Under the pieces are notes generated by a model, which was not told the origin of the DNA, ran no database searches, and saw only the letters and a program-made list of their open reading frames with translations. Of a stretch of 64,000 nt of DNA, positions 19,265 to 29,229 are shown piece after piece. Numbering within the stretch: position 1 is the stretch's first letter; the number at the start of each line of letters is the position of its first letter. This stretch comes from Bryobacterales bacterium (GTDB lineage Bacteria; Acidobacteriota; Terriglobia; Bryobacterales; UBA6623). The position numbers and the translations under genes were made by a program. The DNA is taken from assembly GCA_963422375.2 (NCBI GenBank), contig OY729427.2, positions 1,280,001-1,344,000 of the forward strand, given 5' to 3'.

Positions 19265-21676
19265 TCACTCCTTGAGCAGGGAGTCGAGGCCGCGCTCGAA
19301 ACCGAGCTCGCGGATCGCGTCCCGGCGGCGGGCGGCCTCGACAGGGTTGGTGGTGTAGAGCCAGTAGCTGCGCTCGTCCACGCTGAGCTCCAGCACCTGG
19401 GCCGCGCCGGGCCGGTGCAGCAGCATCTGGCGCTTGGGCACGAGCGCCCGGACGGCCTCCGCCTCGGCGGGGCGGAGGCCGAAGGCCTCGACGTACTCCG
19501 AGGGATCGAGCTCGGGGTTGGCGAGGAAGATCTTGGTCAGGCAGCTCTCCGCCACGGTCCGGCAGAGGCTCCCGCTGCCTGCCGCGTCCCCGGGCGACTG
19601 CGTCGCCAGGACCACGCCGGCATTGCACTTGCGCCACGTCTTGAGGCCCTCGGCAAGATAGGCCCCGATCTGCGGGTCGGCCAGGAAGCGCCAGGCCTCG
19701 TCGACCACCAGCAGCTTCCAGCGCGTCAGCTCCTCGGGGTTCTCGATCGCCGCGGAGAGCCGGTGCAGGAGGTAGTACAGGAGCGCCCGAGCCAGCTCGG
19801 GCTTGCCGGCCGCGCTGGCCATGTCGAGCACCTGCCAGTCGGAAAGGGTGAGGGTGTCGTCGGGGTTGTCGAAGACCGCGCCCCACGCCCCGCCCTCGGT
19901 CCACGGGCCCAGGGCGGAGCGCAGCCCGCTAGGCAGCAGGCCGCGCAGGGAGGACAGCGTGCGCGAGTCGGGCTCGAGATCGCACACGGCACGGATCTGC
20001 GCCCGCAGCTCGGCACGCTCGCGGGCGTCGCAGGCCTTGCCCTCGATGTCCAGCAGCATCCGCACGAACGACTCCAGAAACAGGAGGTTGTCCGGCGTCG
20101 GCTCCAGGGCGCGGAACGGATTGAGGCGGCAGGGCAGGCCGTCGTCGGTCAGGCGCAGCTGCAGGTAGGCGCCGCCCACCAGCTCGGTCAAGTGGCGGTA
20201 GGAGCCCCCGAGGTCGAGGATGCAGACGCGCGGCGCGTACTTGCGCGCCTGAGCCAGCAGGAAGTTGAGCAGGAAGCTCTTGCCCGAGCCGGTCGCGCCG
20301 ATCACCAGCGCGTGCGAGATGTCGCCGGCGTGCGCGGAGAAGTAGTACGGCGTCCGCCTGGCCGTCTCGAAGACGGCCAGGTGCTCGTCGCCGAGGTGCC
20401 GGTCGCGCGGGCTGCCCTCCGAGACCGCCCACAGCGGCGCGAGATCGGCCGCCGCAGCCGCCGAGAGGTAGTTCCGGCGCAGCTGGCGCTCGTGGTTCCC
20501 GGGAGCCATCGCGAACCACGCGTTCAGGCCGTTGTAGGTCTCGCGATGGAAGCGGGCGTCCGCCGCCGCGGCGATGCGCAGCAGCTCCGGGCGGGCCGCC
20601 TCGACCCGCGCGTCGTCCGCTCCGCGCAGGACGACGCTCAGCGAGTGCTCCCCGAAGGGCAGCCCGTCGACCTCGAGCTCGCGCAAGGCCTCGCCCAGCT
20701 GGGCCGCCTCGGCCTCGGCCGCCTTGTCCTCGAGCGCCCCGCGGGCCTGCGGAGCCGTCTCGCCCCCCGAGGCGTGCGCCAGCATGCTGTAGCGCTTCTG
20801 GTGGTAGTGCCGTCGGGCGCCGCGAATCCGGCGGCTGGAGCGCGCCCCGTCGTCCCGCTGCCACTCGGCCGCGAGGTCGAGCTCGGCCGCGATGTCGAGG
20901 ATCCCTCCGAAGAGGTGCGCCCGGGTGACGGCCGGCGGGTCCAGCAGGGCGTAGGTCTCGACCCGCTCCGAGTCCAGGAGCAGGTGGTCGCGGTACGCTT
21001 CCACGTCGCTCAGGGCGAGCTGCCGGTCCAGCCCGTGCGGCGAAACGGCGCGGCCGGACAGGGCGGCCTGTCTCGAGTTGGCCGTGCAGGCTAGATCCCG
21101 GAACAGGTCCTCCCCGGACAGCGGCTCGAGCGGCGTGATGTCCGCCACCAGACCGCGGAAGGCCGCGACCGCTCCCTCGAAGCGCTCGCAGGCAGCGGCC
21201 AGCTGCGCGGCCAGGACGAACTTCGTCCCGTCCTGCGACAGCCAGCGCCGGAGGCGGCCCAGCAGGGCCCGGCCCCGCCCGGGCGCATCCGGGTCCGGCG
21301 CGGGCGACAGGCGGGGATCCCACAGCCAGTACACGCTCGCCTCGATCGAGTACAGGCCTCTGGCCAGCAGGTGGGCCTTGCGGGCGTCCCGGGCCCGCTC
21401 GGCGACCGCGTCGCCCGTGTCCCTCTGGGGCAGGTCCGCCAAGCGCCGCTTGCGGGCCTGCCAGCGGACGCGCCAGCCCGGATCGAGCGTCTTGAGAGCG
21501 CGGCTCCAGCGCAGGGCGGCCAGGGACAGGTCCGTCGCCGTGCGGCACTCCAGCGGCGCGCCGTGCAGACGCGCCCCGGCCAGCAGCTCGCCCCGCTTGG
21601 TGAGCACGACGCGCTCGCCGACGAAGCCGAGCCACGGAAGCTGGACGTGCAGCGAGGCGGCCTCGGAGCGCTTCAC
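19265..21676 (-). CDS. virB4: VirB4/TrbE ATPase
   Basis: Walker A GATGSGKS, Walker B LLVVDEAW, LKTWRK, ATQS. Confidence 0.95.
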   Translation of the reverse strand: MKRSEAASLHVQLPWLGFVGERVVLTKRGELLAGARLHGAPLECRTATDLSLAALRWSRALKTLDPGWRVRWQARKRRLADLPQRDTGDAVAERARDARKAHLLARGLYSIEASVYWLWDPRLSPAPDPDAPGRGRALLGRLRRWLSQDGTKFVLAAQLAAACERFEGAVAAFRGLVADITPLEPLSGEDLFRDLACTANSRQAALSGRAVSPHGLDRQLALSDVEAYRDHLLLDSERVETYALLDPPAVTRAHLFGGILDIAAELDLAAEWQRDDGARSSRRIRGARRHYHQKRYSMLAHASGGETAPQARGALEDKAAEAEAAQLGEALRELEVDGLPFGEHSLSVVLRGADDARVEAARPELLRIAAAADARFHRETYNGLNAWFAMAPGNHERQLRRNYLSAAAAADLAPLWAVSEGSPRDRHLGDEHLAVFETARRTPYYFSAHAGDISHALVIGATGSGKSFLLNFLLAQARKYAPRVCILDLGGSYRHLTELVGGAYLQLRLTDDGLPCRLNPFRALEPTPDNLLFLESFVRMLLDIEGKACDARERAELRAQIRAVCDLEPDSRTLSSLRGLLPSGLRSALGPWTEGGAWGAVFDNPDDTLTLSDWQVLDMASAAGKPELARALLYYLLHRLSAAIENPEELTRWKLLVVDEAWRFLADPQIGAYLAEGLKTWRKCNAGVVLATQSPGDAAGSGSLCRTVAESCLTKIFLANPELDPSEYVEAFGLRPAEAEAVRALVPKRQMLLHRPGAAQVLELSVDERSYWLYTTNPVEAARRRDAIRELGFERGLDSLLKE

Positions 21677-21993
21677 GGGGACACCTCCCGCGCGATCGCC
21701 AGGGGCGGCGGGCCGTCCGCTCGCAGCGCCGGGTCGTAGCGGCGGCTGCAAGCGGCCGACCGCAGCAGCACCGCCGGCAGGCAGGGGTCGTGCCGGGTCG
21801 CGAGCAGCCCGGCCCCGTATCCGCAGCCGAACAGCACGAGTCCCGCCAGCGGCGCGTTGAACGACGAGAAGGCCGCCGCGCCGACGCAGGCGGCGCCGAG
21901 GAACAGGCGCCGCTCGCAGCCCAGCAGCGTCAGCGGGCGGCTGAGCGCTGGGTAGGCCCGGTGCAGGGCCGGGCGGTCCGTCGCGTCGCTCAC
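21673..21993 (-). CDS. virB3: VirB3/TrbD family protein
   Basis: LSRPLTLLGCERRLF motif, 2 TMs, DP motif; GTGA overlaps at both ends. Confidence 0.85.
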   Translation of the reverse strand: MSDATDRPALHRAYPALSRPLTLLGCERRLFLGAACVGAAAFSSFNAPLAGLVLFGCGYGAGLLATRHDPCLPAVLLRSAACSRRYDPALRADGPPPLAIAREVSP

Positions 21994-22289
21994 GGGAACA
22001 GCCAGTTCATGAAGTTGACGGCGCCGATCGCCATGCCGACGCCGAAGATCAGGCCGGCCAGGGCCCGCTTGCTGCCGCCCTCGCCGAAGGCGAACATCAG
22101 CCCGCCGATGACGATGGCGACCAGGCTGAGGCCCCGCGCGATCGGGCCCGTGAACGCCGTCTGCAGCACCGTGACGGCCTGCAGCCACGGGCTGACGCTC
22201 TGGGCGAGGAGCGCCTGCGGCAGGGCCGCGGGCGCGAGCAGCAGCCAGGCGAGGCGCGGCGAGATGCGGAATCTGGGTCGCATGGGCAT
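21990..22289 (-). CDS. virB2: VirB2/TrbC pilin
   Basis: Signal peptide then SPW..AV..L..AFTGPIARGLSLVAIVIGGLMFAFGE, two hydrophobic helices. Confidence 0.9.
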   Translation of the reverse strand: MPMRPRFRISPRLAWLLLAPAALPQALLAQSVSPWLQAVTVLQTAFTGPIARGLSLVAIVIGGLMFAFGEGGSKRALAGLIFGVGMAIGAVNFMNWLFP

Positions 22290-22413
22290 GGGGTTGCATC
22301 CTTTGTGCGGAATCTGGGAGAGGAGTCCCGCGGGGCCGGCCTCGGAGCCGATCGGAGCCGATTCGTCGATGGTTGGAGCTTCGCGCCCGTCTAGCCGAGC
22401 CACCGGGGAACTC

Positions 22414-22453
22414 ATCTATTGATAGCTTACTGTATCTATCGATACATTGTCAA
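22414..22453 (-). promoter_or_regulatory. Putative promoter/operator of the virB operon
   Basis: Minus strand TTGACA-N18-TAAGCT with palindrome TGTATC-gata-GATACA in the spacer; AT-rich island. Confidence 0.6.
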
Positions 22454-22541
22454 GGGAATGGCTATAAATATTCGTTTTTTATTCCATTTTCTTCGCGGCG
22501 AGGCGAGATCGCCGCTTGCGCCTCCGGCCGGCGGGCCGGTC

Positions 22542-24485
22542 TCAGAGCTTGCTCGCGGCCACGGCCTCGAAGTAGCCCGTCTCGACCGGCAGGTACCACG
22601 GCTTCAGGTAGCAGTACGTCGGCGGCAGGGGATTGCGGCCGTCGTAGGCGGCCACGATCGCCTGCGCGTTGCGCAGTTCCGCGAAAGCCGCCGGCGGGAA
22701 GACCGGCTCCCGGCGGGGCGCGTACGACTTGGTCACGCCGAAGGTGCCCTTGCCGCCTCCGGCGCGCCCGCTCAGAAGGCCCACCCCGGCACGGGAGGAC
22801 TCGGAGATCGAGTACTGCTCCTTCAGCCGCTCGGCCTGGCCGCACGCCTCCGAGGCCTGCTTGCAGGACGCCTCGTCCGCCAGCGTCAGGAAGATGCGCG
22901 TGCGGAACGTCTGCAGCAGCGTCCGCCACGACTCCCCGGGCAGCGCCGACCGCAGCGAGCTGATTGACTGGGTCGCCACCAAGGCGACCAGCTGGGCCTG
23001 CCGCGACAGGCTGAAGAACTTCTCGTCCCCGCCCGGGTCGCTCTCCCCGACGGTCGCGAAGTTCTGGTACTCGTCGCAGACGAACGCCACGTCCCGCCAG
23101 GCCCGGCCCGGCTCGGCCGCCATGCGCGGGATGCGGGCCAGCACGGCCCGCTGAAAGTCTTGCTTGAGCATTACGCCGATCGCGCGCCCCAGGGCCGGGT
23201 TCGCCCCGATCGGCATGTTCAGCGCCAGAACCTTGCCCTCCTCCAGCGCCTCCGCGACCGGGGGCAGCGCCCAGCGCCCGCGGTACGGGCGGCCGTCGCG
23301 GTAGGCCTCCCGCGGCGGGCAGAACACGTCGGCCACGTCCGGCTGGTCGAACAGCGACAGGAAGACGCTGACGCCCTCCGCGATCGAGCTGCGCAGGCGG
23401 CTGTCGAGCTTGCTCCAGTCGTGGGCGTGCCACCGGATCACCGTCTGCAGCTCCCGCTGCTCCGGGCTGGCCGCATCGGGCTCGGCGAGCCTGTAAGTCG
23501 CGCCCTGTTCGTCGAGCGCCGCGATCAGCTCCGGGTCCGCGGTGACGAACATCTCCCCGGCGCCCTCGTCGTAGTCCCAGTCGCGCCGCGGCAGGGTCGC
23601 GGCGACCCGGCCGTACTCCTGAACAGCCGCACGCGCCTCGGACCGGAATCCCAGCGCCTCGCGCGCCCCGCCGATCCTAGCCTCGAGCCGGCTTTCGTCC
23701 AAGACCGTGAGGTACACGTCCCGCAGGGTGACGTAGCCGTCCGCGACGCGGTGCAGCAGGATCACGAATTTCACGAGGTTGGTGTAGGCCTGCTGCCAGA
23801 ACGGCTCCTTGCCCTTGCCGAAGAGCTGGTTGAGCAGCGACGCGATCTGGTAGGCCAGCGAGTACGGATCGAGGTCGGACTCGAGCGGGTTGTAGCACCA
23901 GTCCCCTTCGAGGCCCAGCTCGACGTAGTCGCTCGCGCGGCCGCAGTCGGCCAGCATCCGCCGCACCTGATGGCAGAAGTCGCCCTTGACTTCCAGCACC
24001 AGGCCGCCCGCGCGCAGGTCGGACCGCCCGGCGTGCCAGCCCAGCACCTGCCTGGCGAACGGGTACATGCAGCACGAGGTCTTGCCCGAGCCGACCGCTC
24101 CGAACACCGCCGTGCCCGCGTAGAGGCCCCGTCGCGGCACGGCCAGCCAGCCGGGCCGCGCGCTGGGTCCCGGCTGCGTGCGCCGGTGCGTCTCGCCGAT
24201 CACGAGCAGGGGCTGGTCGGAACGCGGCCAAGGGGGCAGACCGCAGGGCGAGGCCTCGCGCTCGCGGCGCTCGACGATGAGGCCCGCGACCGTAGCGGCC
24301 ATCAGAACCAGACAGGCGGGCGTCGCCGTCCAGCAGATCGCGTAGCCTAGCCGGAGCAGGTCGTGCGCGAAAGGCGAGCGTAGCGCGATCAAGACAAGGA
24401 CCGGATCCTCGCCGCTCCACGGCGCGAGCCAGCGCCACGCGGCAGTGCCGGCGAGCGCGGCGGCCAGCGCGAGCGCCCGCGTCAC
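22542..24485 (-). CDS. virD4: VirD4/TraD-like type IV coupling protein
   Basis: Two N-terminal TMs, Walker A FGAVGSGKT, LVLEVKGD, YNPL, EPFW, Walker B FVCDEYQ, ATQS. Confidence 0.9.
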   Translation of the reverse strand: MTRALALAAALAGTAAWRWLAPWSGEDPVLVLIALRSPFAHDLLRLGYAICWTATPACLVLMAATVAGLIVERREREASPCGLPPWPRSDQPLLVIGETHRRTQPGPSARPGWLAVPRRGLYAGTAVFGAVGSGKTSCCMYPFARQVLGWHAGRSDLRAGGLVLEVKGDFCHQVRRMLADCGRASDYVELGLEGDWCYNPLESDLDPYSLAYQIASLLNQLFGKGKEPFWQQAYTNLVKFVILLHRVADGYVTLRDVYLTVLDESRLEARIGGAREALGFRSEARAAVQEYGRVAATLPRRDWDYDEGAGEMFVTADPELIAALDEQGATYRLAEPDAASPEQRELQTVIRWHAHDWSKLDSRLRSSIAEGVSVFLSLFDQPDVADVFCPPREAYRDGRPYRGRWALPPVAEALEEGKVLALNMPIGANPALGRAIGVMLKQDFQRAVLARIPRMAAEPGRAWRDVAFVCDEYQNFATVGESDPGGDEKFFSLSRQAQLVALVATQSISSLRSALPGESWRTLLQTFRTRIFLTLADEASCKQASEACGQAERLKEQYSISESSRAGVGLLSGRAGGGKGTFGVTKSYAPRREPVFPPAAFAELRNAQAIVAAYDGRNPLPPTYCYLKPWYLPVETGYFEAVAASKL

Positions 24486-24560
24486 GCGGCCGGCTCCACG
24501 GTTGCTGCGGCGGGAGGCGTTACCGGCCCGGCCGACCGGCACCAAGGACGGGATGAACGA

Positions 24561-24598
24561 AACATATAGACATTATTATCTATCTATAGACCTGTCGC
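24561..24598 (-). promoter_or_regulatory. Putative promoter/operator of virD4
   Basis: AT-rich island GCGACAGGTCTATAGATAGATAATAATGTCTATATG resembling the virB promoter. Confidence 0.45.
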
Positions 24599-24650
24599 GG
24601 CGGCGGACCGGGCTGCGGTCACCTCCGCCGGGCGGCGGACGGCGCGGGAT

Positions 24651-26117
24651 TCAGCGCGACTCGATCCGCCCGTAGGGCTCCTCGAAATACTTCTCGAAGA
24701 TCCAGTCGGGCTGCCAGCGGTCGCGGGTCCGCTTCCGCCCGGTCAGGTCGATTTCCCCGGACGCAGGGCTGTCGACCTCCAGCGGATGGTCGTCGCCGAC
24801 CCTCGCCTGCCACTCCCGCATGAGGGCCGTCAGCCGCTCGATGCGAGCGGCCTGGGCGGGGTCGCCAGCAAGGTCCCGCGTCTCGTGCGGATCCGTCTCC
24901 AGATCGAACAGCTGCTCGCGGCCGATCTCGGGATAGCGGATGAGCTTCCAGCGCTCGTCCCGCACCGCCTTCATCAGGTCGCGGAACGAGGTGAAGACGG
25001 AGTCGCGCACCGATGCCGCCTCGCCGCGCCAGACTGGGGAGAGGTCGCGCCCGTCGAGGCCTGCGGGCGGGGCTACCCCGAGCATCGCGCACAGCGTCGG
25101 GAAAACGTCCAGCAGGTAGGAGAAGGCGCCAGACTCCCGGCCCCGCGGGACCCCCGGACCCGCGAAGACCAGCGGCGCGCCCATCGAGTGCTCGTACAGG
25201 TTCTGCTTGCCGAGCAGGCCGTGGCTGCCCACCGCGAGGCCGTGGTCGGCCGTGTAGACGACGATAGTGTTTCCCGCATGCGGCCCGGACTCGAGCTCCC
25301 GCAGGATGCGCCCGACCTGGCGGTCCAAGTGGGTGATCAGCCCGTAGTATTCGGATAGCTGGTCCTGCACCACGGCCTCGGTGCGCGGCCAAGGGCCCAG
25401 GCTCTCGTCCCGGCCTGTCATGTGACCGTTGTCGAAGGGATGCCGCGGCGCGAAGTTCGGCGGTAGCGGCGGCGGGTCGCGGTAGTACATGCGCCGGTAC
25501 TTCGGCGGCGGGTTGCGCGGGTCGTGGGGCGCGGTGAAGGCCACGTAGGCGAAGAAGGGCCGCTCGTCCCTGTAGTTGCGCAGGAACTCGATTGCGGCGT
25601 CCGCGAAGAGCGTGCTCGAGAACCGCGTGCCCTCGCGCTCGCGGAAGAGGCTCCCGTCAGGCCCGAGATCCTCCAGCGGCACCTTGACGTGATTCGACAT
25701 GCCGCCGAACATGATGCTGCGACCCTCTTTGAAGCTCTTCAGCCAAGACGGCCTGCGGTTGTGCCACTTGCCGGTCGCGAAGGTCGCGTAGCCGTTTCGC
25801 CCGAGCAGCTGCCCCAACGTGGTCTCCCCATCCATGTCCATCGGGATTCGGAAGTAGCTCCTGCCCGTGTTGAGCATCGCCCTGCTCGGCACGCAGACCG
25901 CGCCGCCTTGGGACCCGAGGCAGTAGGCCCGCCGAAAGCTGAAGCCCCGCGCCACGAGCCGGTCGAGGCTCGGCGTGCGGATGTAGGGATTGCCGTGCGC
26001 CCCGATGGTGTCCGGGCGCTGGTCGTCGGCGAGCAGCAGGAGCACGTTGGGCTGCGCCGCCTGCAGCGCGCAGGCGAGCAGCAGGAGAGGGACGAGTTTC
26101 GCGATTCGCGGGAACAA
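24651..26117 (-). CDS. Sulfatase (Cys-type, choline-sulfatase-like)
   Basis: PNVLLLLADDQ, CVPSR, GKWH, PHDP, ADHG, GKQNLYE. Confidence 0.93.
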   Translation of the reverse strand: MFPRIAKLVPLLLLACALQAAQPNVLLLLADDQRPDTIGAHGNPYIRTPSLDRLVARGFSFRRAYCLGSQGGAVCVPSRAMLNTGRSYFRIPMDMDGETTLGQLLGRNGYATFATGKWHNRRPSWLKSFKEGRSIMFGGMSNHVKVPLEDLGPDGSLFREREGTRFSSTLFADAAIEFLRNYRDERPFFAYVAFTAPHDPRNPPPKYRRMYYRDPPPLPPNFAPRHPFDNGHMTGRDESLGPWPRTEAVVQDQLSEYYGLITHLDRQVGRILRELESGPHAGNTIVVYTADHGLAVGSHGLLGKQNLYEHSMGAPLVFAGPGVPRGRESGAFSYLLDVFPTLCAMLGVAPPAGLDGRDLSPVWRGEAASVRDSVFTSFRDLMKAVRDERWKLIRYPEIGREQLFDLETDPHETRDLAGDPAQAARIERLTALMREWQARVGDDHPLEVDSPASGEIDLTGRKRTRDRWQPDWIFEKYFEEPYGRIESR

Positions 26118-26144
26118 GGCGCGAACAGTATACTCGTATCCCTC

Positions 26145-27659
26145 ATGCGACCAGCGACCGCGGTTCTGACTCTATGCGCGGCAGCGGCGGCCTGCCTCGG
26201 CGCGGACCGCCCCAACGTTCTCTTCCTGATGTCGGACGACCACGCGGCGCACGCCTTGGGCGCCTACGGCGGGCGGCTCGCCTCGCTCGACCCGACCCCG
26301 TTCCTCGACGAGCTCGCCTCCGAGGGGATGCTCTTCGAGAACGCGTTCTGCACCAACTCGATATGCACTCCCAGCCGCGCCACGCTCCTCACGGGCCAGT
26401 ACAGCCATGCCAATCGCGTGACCACGCTGAGCGGCCATCTCGAGAGGGACCGCCAGCACGTGCCCAACCTCGTCCGAGCCGCCGGCTACCAGACGGCGAT
26501 GGTCGGCAAGTGGCACCTCAAGCGGGAGCCGGCCTTCGACTACTACTGCGTCCTGCCCGGCCAGGGGTCGTACTTCAACCCCGTCATGCGCGAGTCCGGC
26601 GGCCCGTGGCCGTTCAACGTGCGGCGCTTCGCGGGGTACGACTCGACGCACTCGACCGACGCCATCGTGAACGCTTCCGTCGAGTGGCTGAAGCGGCGCG
26701 ACAGGGAGAGCCCCTTCTTCCTGATGACCCACTTCAAGGCGCCGCACGACAACTTCGAGAACGCCGAGCGGTACGACTTCCTGTACGAGGAAACGGCGAT
26801 CCCCGAGCCCGAGAGCCTGTGGAAGACTCCGAACCACGGCTCCGAGTCCACGCGCGGGGCGGGCACCTCGATCGGCAAGCGCAACGCGCGCCGCAACATG
26901 GGGCACCATATGTTCGTGGACCCGTCGCTCGCCGCGGAGGCCTACAAGCGGACCGCCTACCAGCGCTACCTGAAGAAGTACCTTCGCACGGTGCGGGGAG
27001 TCGACGACGGCGTGCAGCGGCTGCTGGCGCACCTCGAGCAGGAGGGGGAGCTGGACAGGACAATCATCGTCTACACGTCCGACCAAGGCTTCATGCTCGG
27101 CGAGCACGACTACATCGACAAGCGCTGGATGTACGAGGAGTCCATGCGGATTCCCCTGATCGTGCGCTATCCGGGCACGGTCGCAGCCGGCTCCCGCAGC
27201 GACGCCATCGTGAACAACACGGATCTGGCACCGACGCTGCTGGCTCTGGCCGGTGCCGAGGCGCCGGATTTCATGCAGGGTCGCAGCCTGCTCCCGCTGC
27301 TAACGGGAGCGACACCGCCGGACTGGCGCGCAGCGACCTACTACCGGTACTGGATGAACTACGCCCATCACGACGTGCCGGCGCATTACGGCATCCGGAC
27401 GAAGGATTTCAAGCTGATCTTCTTCTACGGGCTCCCGCTGGACGCCCCGGGGGCGAGACAAGCCGAGACGAGACCAGGCTGGGAGCTGTACGACCTGCGG
27501 AACGATCCCGCCGAGGCGCGGAACGTGTACGGCGAGGCCGCCTACGCAGGCATCGCGGAGGAGTTGAAGGCGGAGCTGCTGCGCATCAAGACAGAAGTCG
27601 GCGACACCGACGACAAGTATCCCGAGCTGTTGGAGATACGCGAGCGACATTGGCGCTGA
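26145..27659 (+). CDS. Sulfatase (Cys-type; N-acetylglucosamine-6-sulfatase-like)
   Basis: PNVLFLMSDDH, CTPSR, GKWHL, KAPH, SDQGF.LGEH..DKRWMYEES. Confidence 0.93.
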   Translation: MRPATAVLTLCAAAAACLGADRPNVLFLMSDDHAAHALGAYGGRLASLDPTPFLDELASEGMLFENAFCTNSICTPSRATLLTGQYSHANRVTTLSGHLERDRQHVPNLVRAAGYQTAMVGKWHLKREPAFDYYCVLPGQGSYFNPVMRESGGPWPFNVRRFAGYDSTHSTDAIVNASVEWLKRRDRESPFFLMTHFKAPHDNFENAERYDFLYEETAIPEPESLWKTPNHGSESTRGAGTSIGKRNARRNMGHHMFVDPSLAAEAYKRTAYQRYLKKYLRTVRGVDDGVQRLLAHLEQEGELDRTIIVYTSDQGFMLGEHDYIDKRWMYEESMRIPLIVRYPGTVAAGSRSDAIVNNTDLAPTLLALAGAEAPDFMQGRSLLPLLTGATPPDWRAATYYRYWMNYAHHDVPAHYGIRTKDFKLIFFYGLPLDAPGARQAETRPGWELYDLRNDPAEARNVYGEAAYAGIAEELKAELLRIKTEVGDTDDKYPELLEIRERHWR

Positions 27660-27859
27660 ACGCGTCCCCGGCTCGGCGAGGGGCGTGAGCCGGCCCGGCC
27701 CCCGGTTCGAGTCAGGGCCGACTGCCCCTGATCGGCACCGACGAGCGCCCCGTGTTCGACGCGCTGCCCGAGGTCGGGGCGAGGCCCGGGGCGGCGCACG
27801 CTGCGCCACGGAGGATTCGCGGGTGGCATCCAACAACGTCGCGGGAGGGCTGCGCGGCA

Positions 27860-28041
27860 ACGCCGAGTCGACCCGGGCCCACCTCGAGGCGCTACGGCGG
27901 GAAATCTCGACGCTGCGGTGGATGATGGGTCTCGGCTTCACGGCCCTCGGCATCGAGATGACGCTGCAGGCCATGCTGCTGAAGCAGACCGGGGCGGTCC
28001 CGAAGGGGCATTGCCGTCGCGAGTCCCGTCTCCCGCTCTAG
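27860..28041 (+). pseudogene. Possible remnant of a coiled-coil plus C-terminal TM protein
   Basis: LEALRREISTLRWMMGLGFTALG resembles the stalk-anchor end of DUF1640/CCDC90-like proteins; no clear start. Confidence 0.25.
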
Positions 28042-28369
28042 ATCGGGTCGGCGTGCCCGATACCGGGTCCGGCGGGAGAGTGGCCCGACCCCCAGCGGTA
28101 GTGCCCGATTCGAGGCCGCTCCCGCAACGGGAGCGGTGCGTCCGGCCGCCGGTCATCAGCGACCGGATTGATTCTGCCCATCCCGCCCCAGTGGCGCGGG
28201 CCCGGGAAGGTATCTCCCCGAGGTTCAGCTCCCACCGCGCCACCCAATTCGTGTCGCTATGGCCACGAGTGTCGACCGGGGCGCAGAGTCGTCGGCGAGA
28301 CCTTGCCGCCATGAGCGGCACACCGGGCCGGGCCCGGCTGCGGGGCAATGCCTATCGGCGACTCCGAAT

Positions 28370-28760
28370 TGAACGAGCTGCTGGCGTCAACGCCTGCGCT
28401 GATCGATTCGAGGGCCGACATGTCGCCGGTGCGCCTGATGGTGATCACGCGTCGCGCCTAGCCAAACAGCGCCGCGCTTCGGATCGAGCGGAGGCGGTTG
28501 GTCACCTTGCGTAGGACCGCGGTCGGGCGCGGAGTCCGGTCCGTCACGAACAGCAGCACCTGATCACTGGTATTGCAGAAACGCTTGCGCAAGTGGACCC
28601 CGTCCGCTTGCACCGGCTCCAGCTGCAGCAGGGTCTCCGGTTGCCGCTTCAGGGCCGTCGGTAGCGCTGCGACGTGCTGTCCTGGAGCCGCTCGTGTCGC
28701 CCGACGATGGCGATGGCCTCAGGAGCCTCCCTTGTTCATGTGACTCGTAACGCGCACAGC
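28370..28760 (-). pseudogene. IS66-family transposase C-terminal remnant
   Basis: Manual minus-strand translation: LQLEPVQADGVHLRKRF..DQVLLFVTD..RPTAVLRKVTNRLRS..A.LF*ARRVIT, with stops and frameshifts. Confidence 0.6.
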
Positions 28761-28875
28761 CTCGAGACGCGACCGCCCCATTTATCACCGGCGATTTATC
28801 CCCGCTCTCTTGATGCGCGTCACTGAGATTGGTCGTAGACTAGATCGGATCAAGCGTCGACACGAGGGGAGCCGC

Positions 28876-29229
28876 ATGAGAAATCCGCGGATGAGACCGG
28901 GTGGGAAGTACTACCCGGAGTGCGTCGCCGCGATCATCGTTGCTACGGCCCTGCCAATGGTCGCGGGATGGGTGCCGCCGAACCCCTACTACGGATTCCG
29001 CATCCCGAGAACGCTGGCGTCTACCGCCGAATGGTATTGCGCCAACAGTCTCATGGGATGGCACATGATCGCCTCGCAAGCGATGGCAGTCATGTCGATG
29101 GACGCCCTGTGCCGAGCGATGGAGGGGGGCTTCGGCAAGGACCGGGTGACATGGGGGGTGCTGTGGTCATGCGCGACTGCGCTGGTCGGCATCGGAACCG
29201 GCTTGCTTCACTATGCCCTGAGAGTTTGA
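28876..29229 (+). CDS. SdpI/YfhL family membrane protein
   Basis: VPPNPYYGFRIPRTLAS..EW..AN motif, 3 TMs, GAGGGGAG upstream. Confidence 0.8.
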   Translation: MRNPRMRPGGKYYPECVAAIIVATALPMVAGWVPPNPYYGFRIPRTLASTAEWYCANSLMGWHMIASQAMAVMSMDALCRAMEGGFGKDRVTWGVLWSCATALVGIGTGLLHYALRV

